Below, one piece after another: positions 62,830 to 64,000 of a stretch of 64,000 bases of DNA; position 1 is the first letter of the stretch, and every line of letters begins with the position of its first letter. Below the pieces are notes generated by a model that saw only the letters and a list, made by a program, of their open reading frames with translations, was not told the origin of the DNA and did not search any database. Source of the DNA: Eledone cirrhosa (taxonomy: Eukaryota); assembly GCA_964016885.1 (NCBI GenBank), contig OZ024743.1:184636001-184700000 (forward strand), written 5' to 3'. The position numbers and the translations under genes were made by a program.

Positions 62830-64000
62830 TGTTATACTTTGGGAGGGTCATGTTGCCAATAAGAAACACACGCACCAGTAGCTTTCACTCAAATTTATTA
62901 TAAATTTTAAAAAAAAAACTTTTTTAAATTTATAAATTTCCGGTTGGTTGGTTGGTTCCACAGCCGGGCGGTTGTTCATATATTGTCAAAGTTCTTTCGT
63001 CACACATTCTGTGACCTCTTCAGTGACTGGGGATTCTTTTCTTTGTTTTGTGCCTCTCCTTTGTTCTGTCCTACGCCATCTTGTTTGTGTGTGTGTTGCG
63101 TGCTTAGTTTGCGCATGTGTTACATCCGGGTGTCTGTGTGTGTTTTTATTTGTTTATTTATTTACATGTTACTGGTTCGTTGTTTGTTCTGTGTGTGTGT
63201 TTTTATTTTGTCCTTAATTGTAAGTTGTGATGTTGCTATTCCATTCATGTTTTCTATTTAATTTTGGTTGGAGTTCATTTATGTTTATTGCCTCTGTGAT
63301 TTGTCTAAGCATTGCGTCTTTTCTGTGTGTAGATTTTATTTTTATTTCTATGTTCTCTAATTTGCCCTTATGTTCTATTTTAGCATGTTGGTGGAGTACT
63401 GATGATTCTTTTCTATCTTGAAGCTCTCGCCAGTGTTCATTTAACCGTTCTCCTATACTACGAGCTGTCTCACCTATGTACACTATATTCTTATCTTTAC
63501 ATTGTCCTTCAGTACATCTTATGCTATATACTATGTTTCTAGTTTTACAGTTAATATGGGGGCTTAGTTTACAGATTATGCATTTCTTATCTATACAGGG
63601 AGGTCTTTGAAAAGGGTATGTATTACTAATAAGTATTTTTATGGAGGTACCTGGTCTTTCTACTATCTTAATAATAAGTTTAAGTTTATCTAGGCGCCTT
63701 CTACATTTGTAAGCTAATTCACCTCTAGGGGTTGTATTGATGAACATTACACTCTGGTATTTATTGCTATCATACCACGAGTTTATTCTATTAACCTTAT
63801 TCCTAGTTCTTTCTATTCTATTCCAAAATTTGCTCCTAAACAAGGGGTAGGTCCCATTTGTATCATTATTTACCATTTTTTCCCATTTGGTTCTGGCTCC
63901 TCTATATACTCTGATTTTATCTCTCTGATTGTAACCAGAGAACTGCATACGGTGGATGAAGTGTTGTATGTGTCTCTCTAGTTCTTCGGGGTTGCACATG
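62830..64000 (-). mobile_element. Penelope-like element, 3' part (linker + GIY-YIG + terminal repeat), runs off the window
   Basis: ORF 63214-63999: CIDKKCIIC, IVYSIRC..YIGETARS..RLNEH..HAKIEH..RQITEA..LNRKHEWN; 3' end on (TA)n. Confidence 0.9.
62985..63027 (-). ncRNA. Minimal type I hammerhead ribozyme motif
   Basis: Reverse complement gtca-CTGAAGA-g-gtcac-agaatgt-gtgac-GAAA-gaac-tt-tgac; stems I and II perfect. Confidence 0.75.

Overview
AT-rich, intron-containing eukaryotic DNA with many (TA)n/(CA)n microsatellites. The repeat content suggests an invertebrate, most likely an octopod cephalopod (inference). Two spliced genes converge tail-to-tail and were rebuilt by hand from GT-AG sites and codon phase. 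NRDE2 is on + (11 visible exons, 1467-17239, first exon not found). A PLP-dependent cysteine synthase of the fungal Cys1a/CysB-like type is on - (12 visible exons, 20011-36767, start exon not found). Their introns carry SINEs, MITEs and decayed RTE/CR1/CRE LINEs. From about 37.6 kb to the end there is no recognisable host exon. This stretch is a dense pile of retroelements: four near-identical RTE LINEs in alternating orientation (+,-,+,-), a fifth RTE 5' half, a solo LTR, and at least five Penelope-like element (PLE) families, mostly separated by (TA)n tracts. The main signal not visible in the ORF track is about a dozen minimal type I hammerhead ribozyme motifs from several families. Some sit in fold-back palindromes, and several PLE-type termini share a TACT..(A/G)TYGAGTRCT motif about 40-60 nt before the (TA)n junction. 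All calls are by eye; no searches were run.
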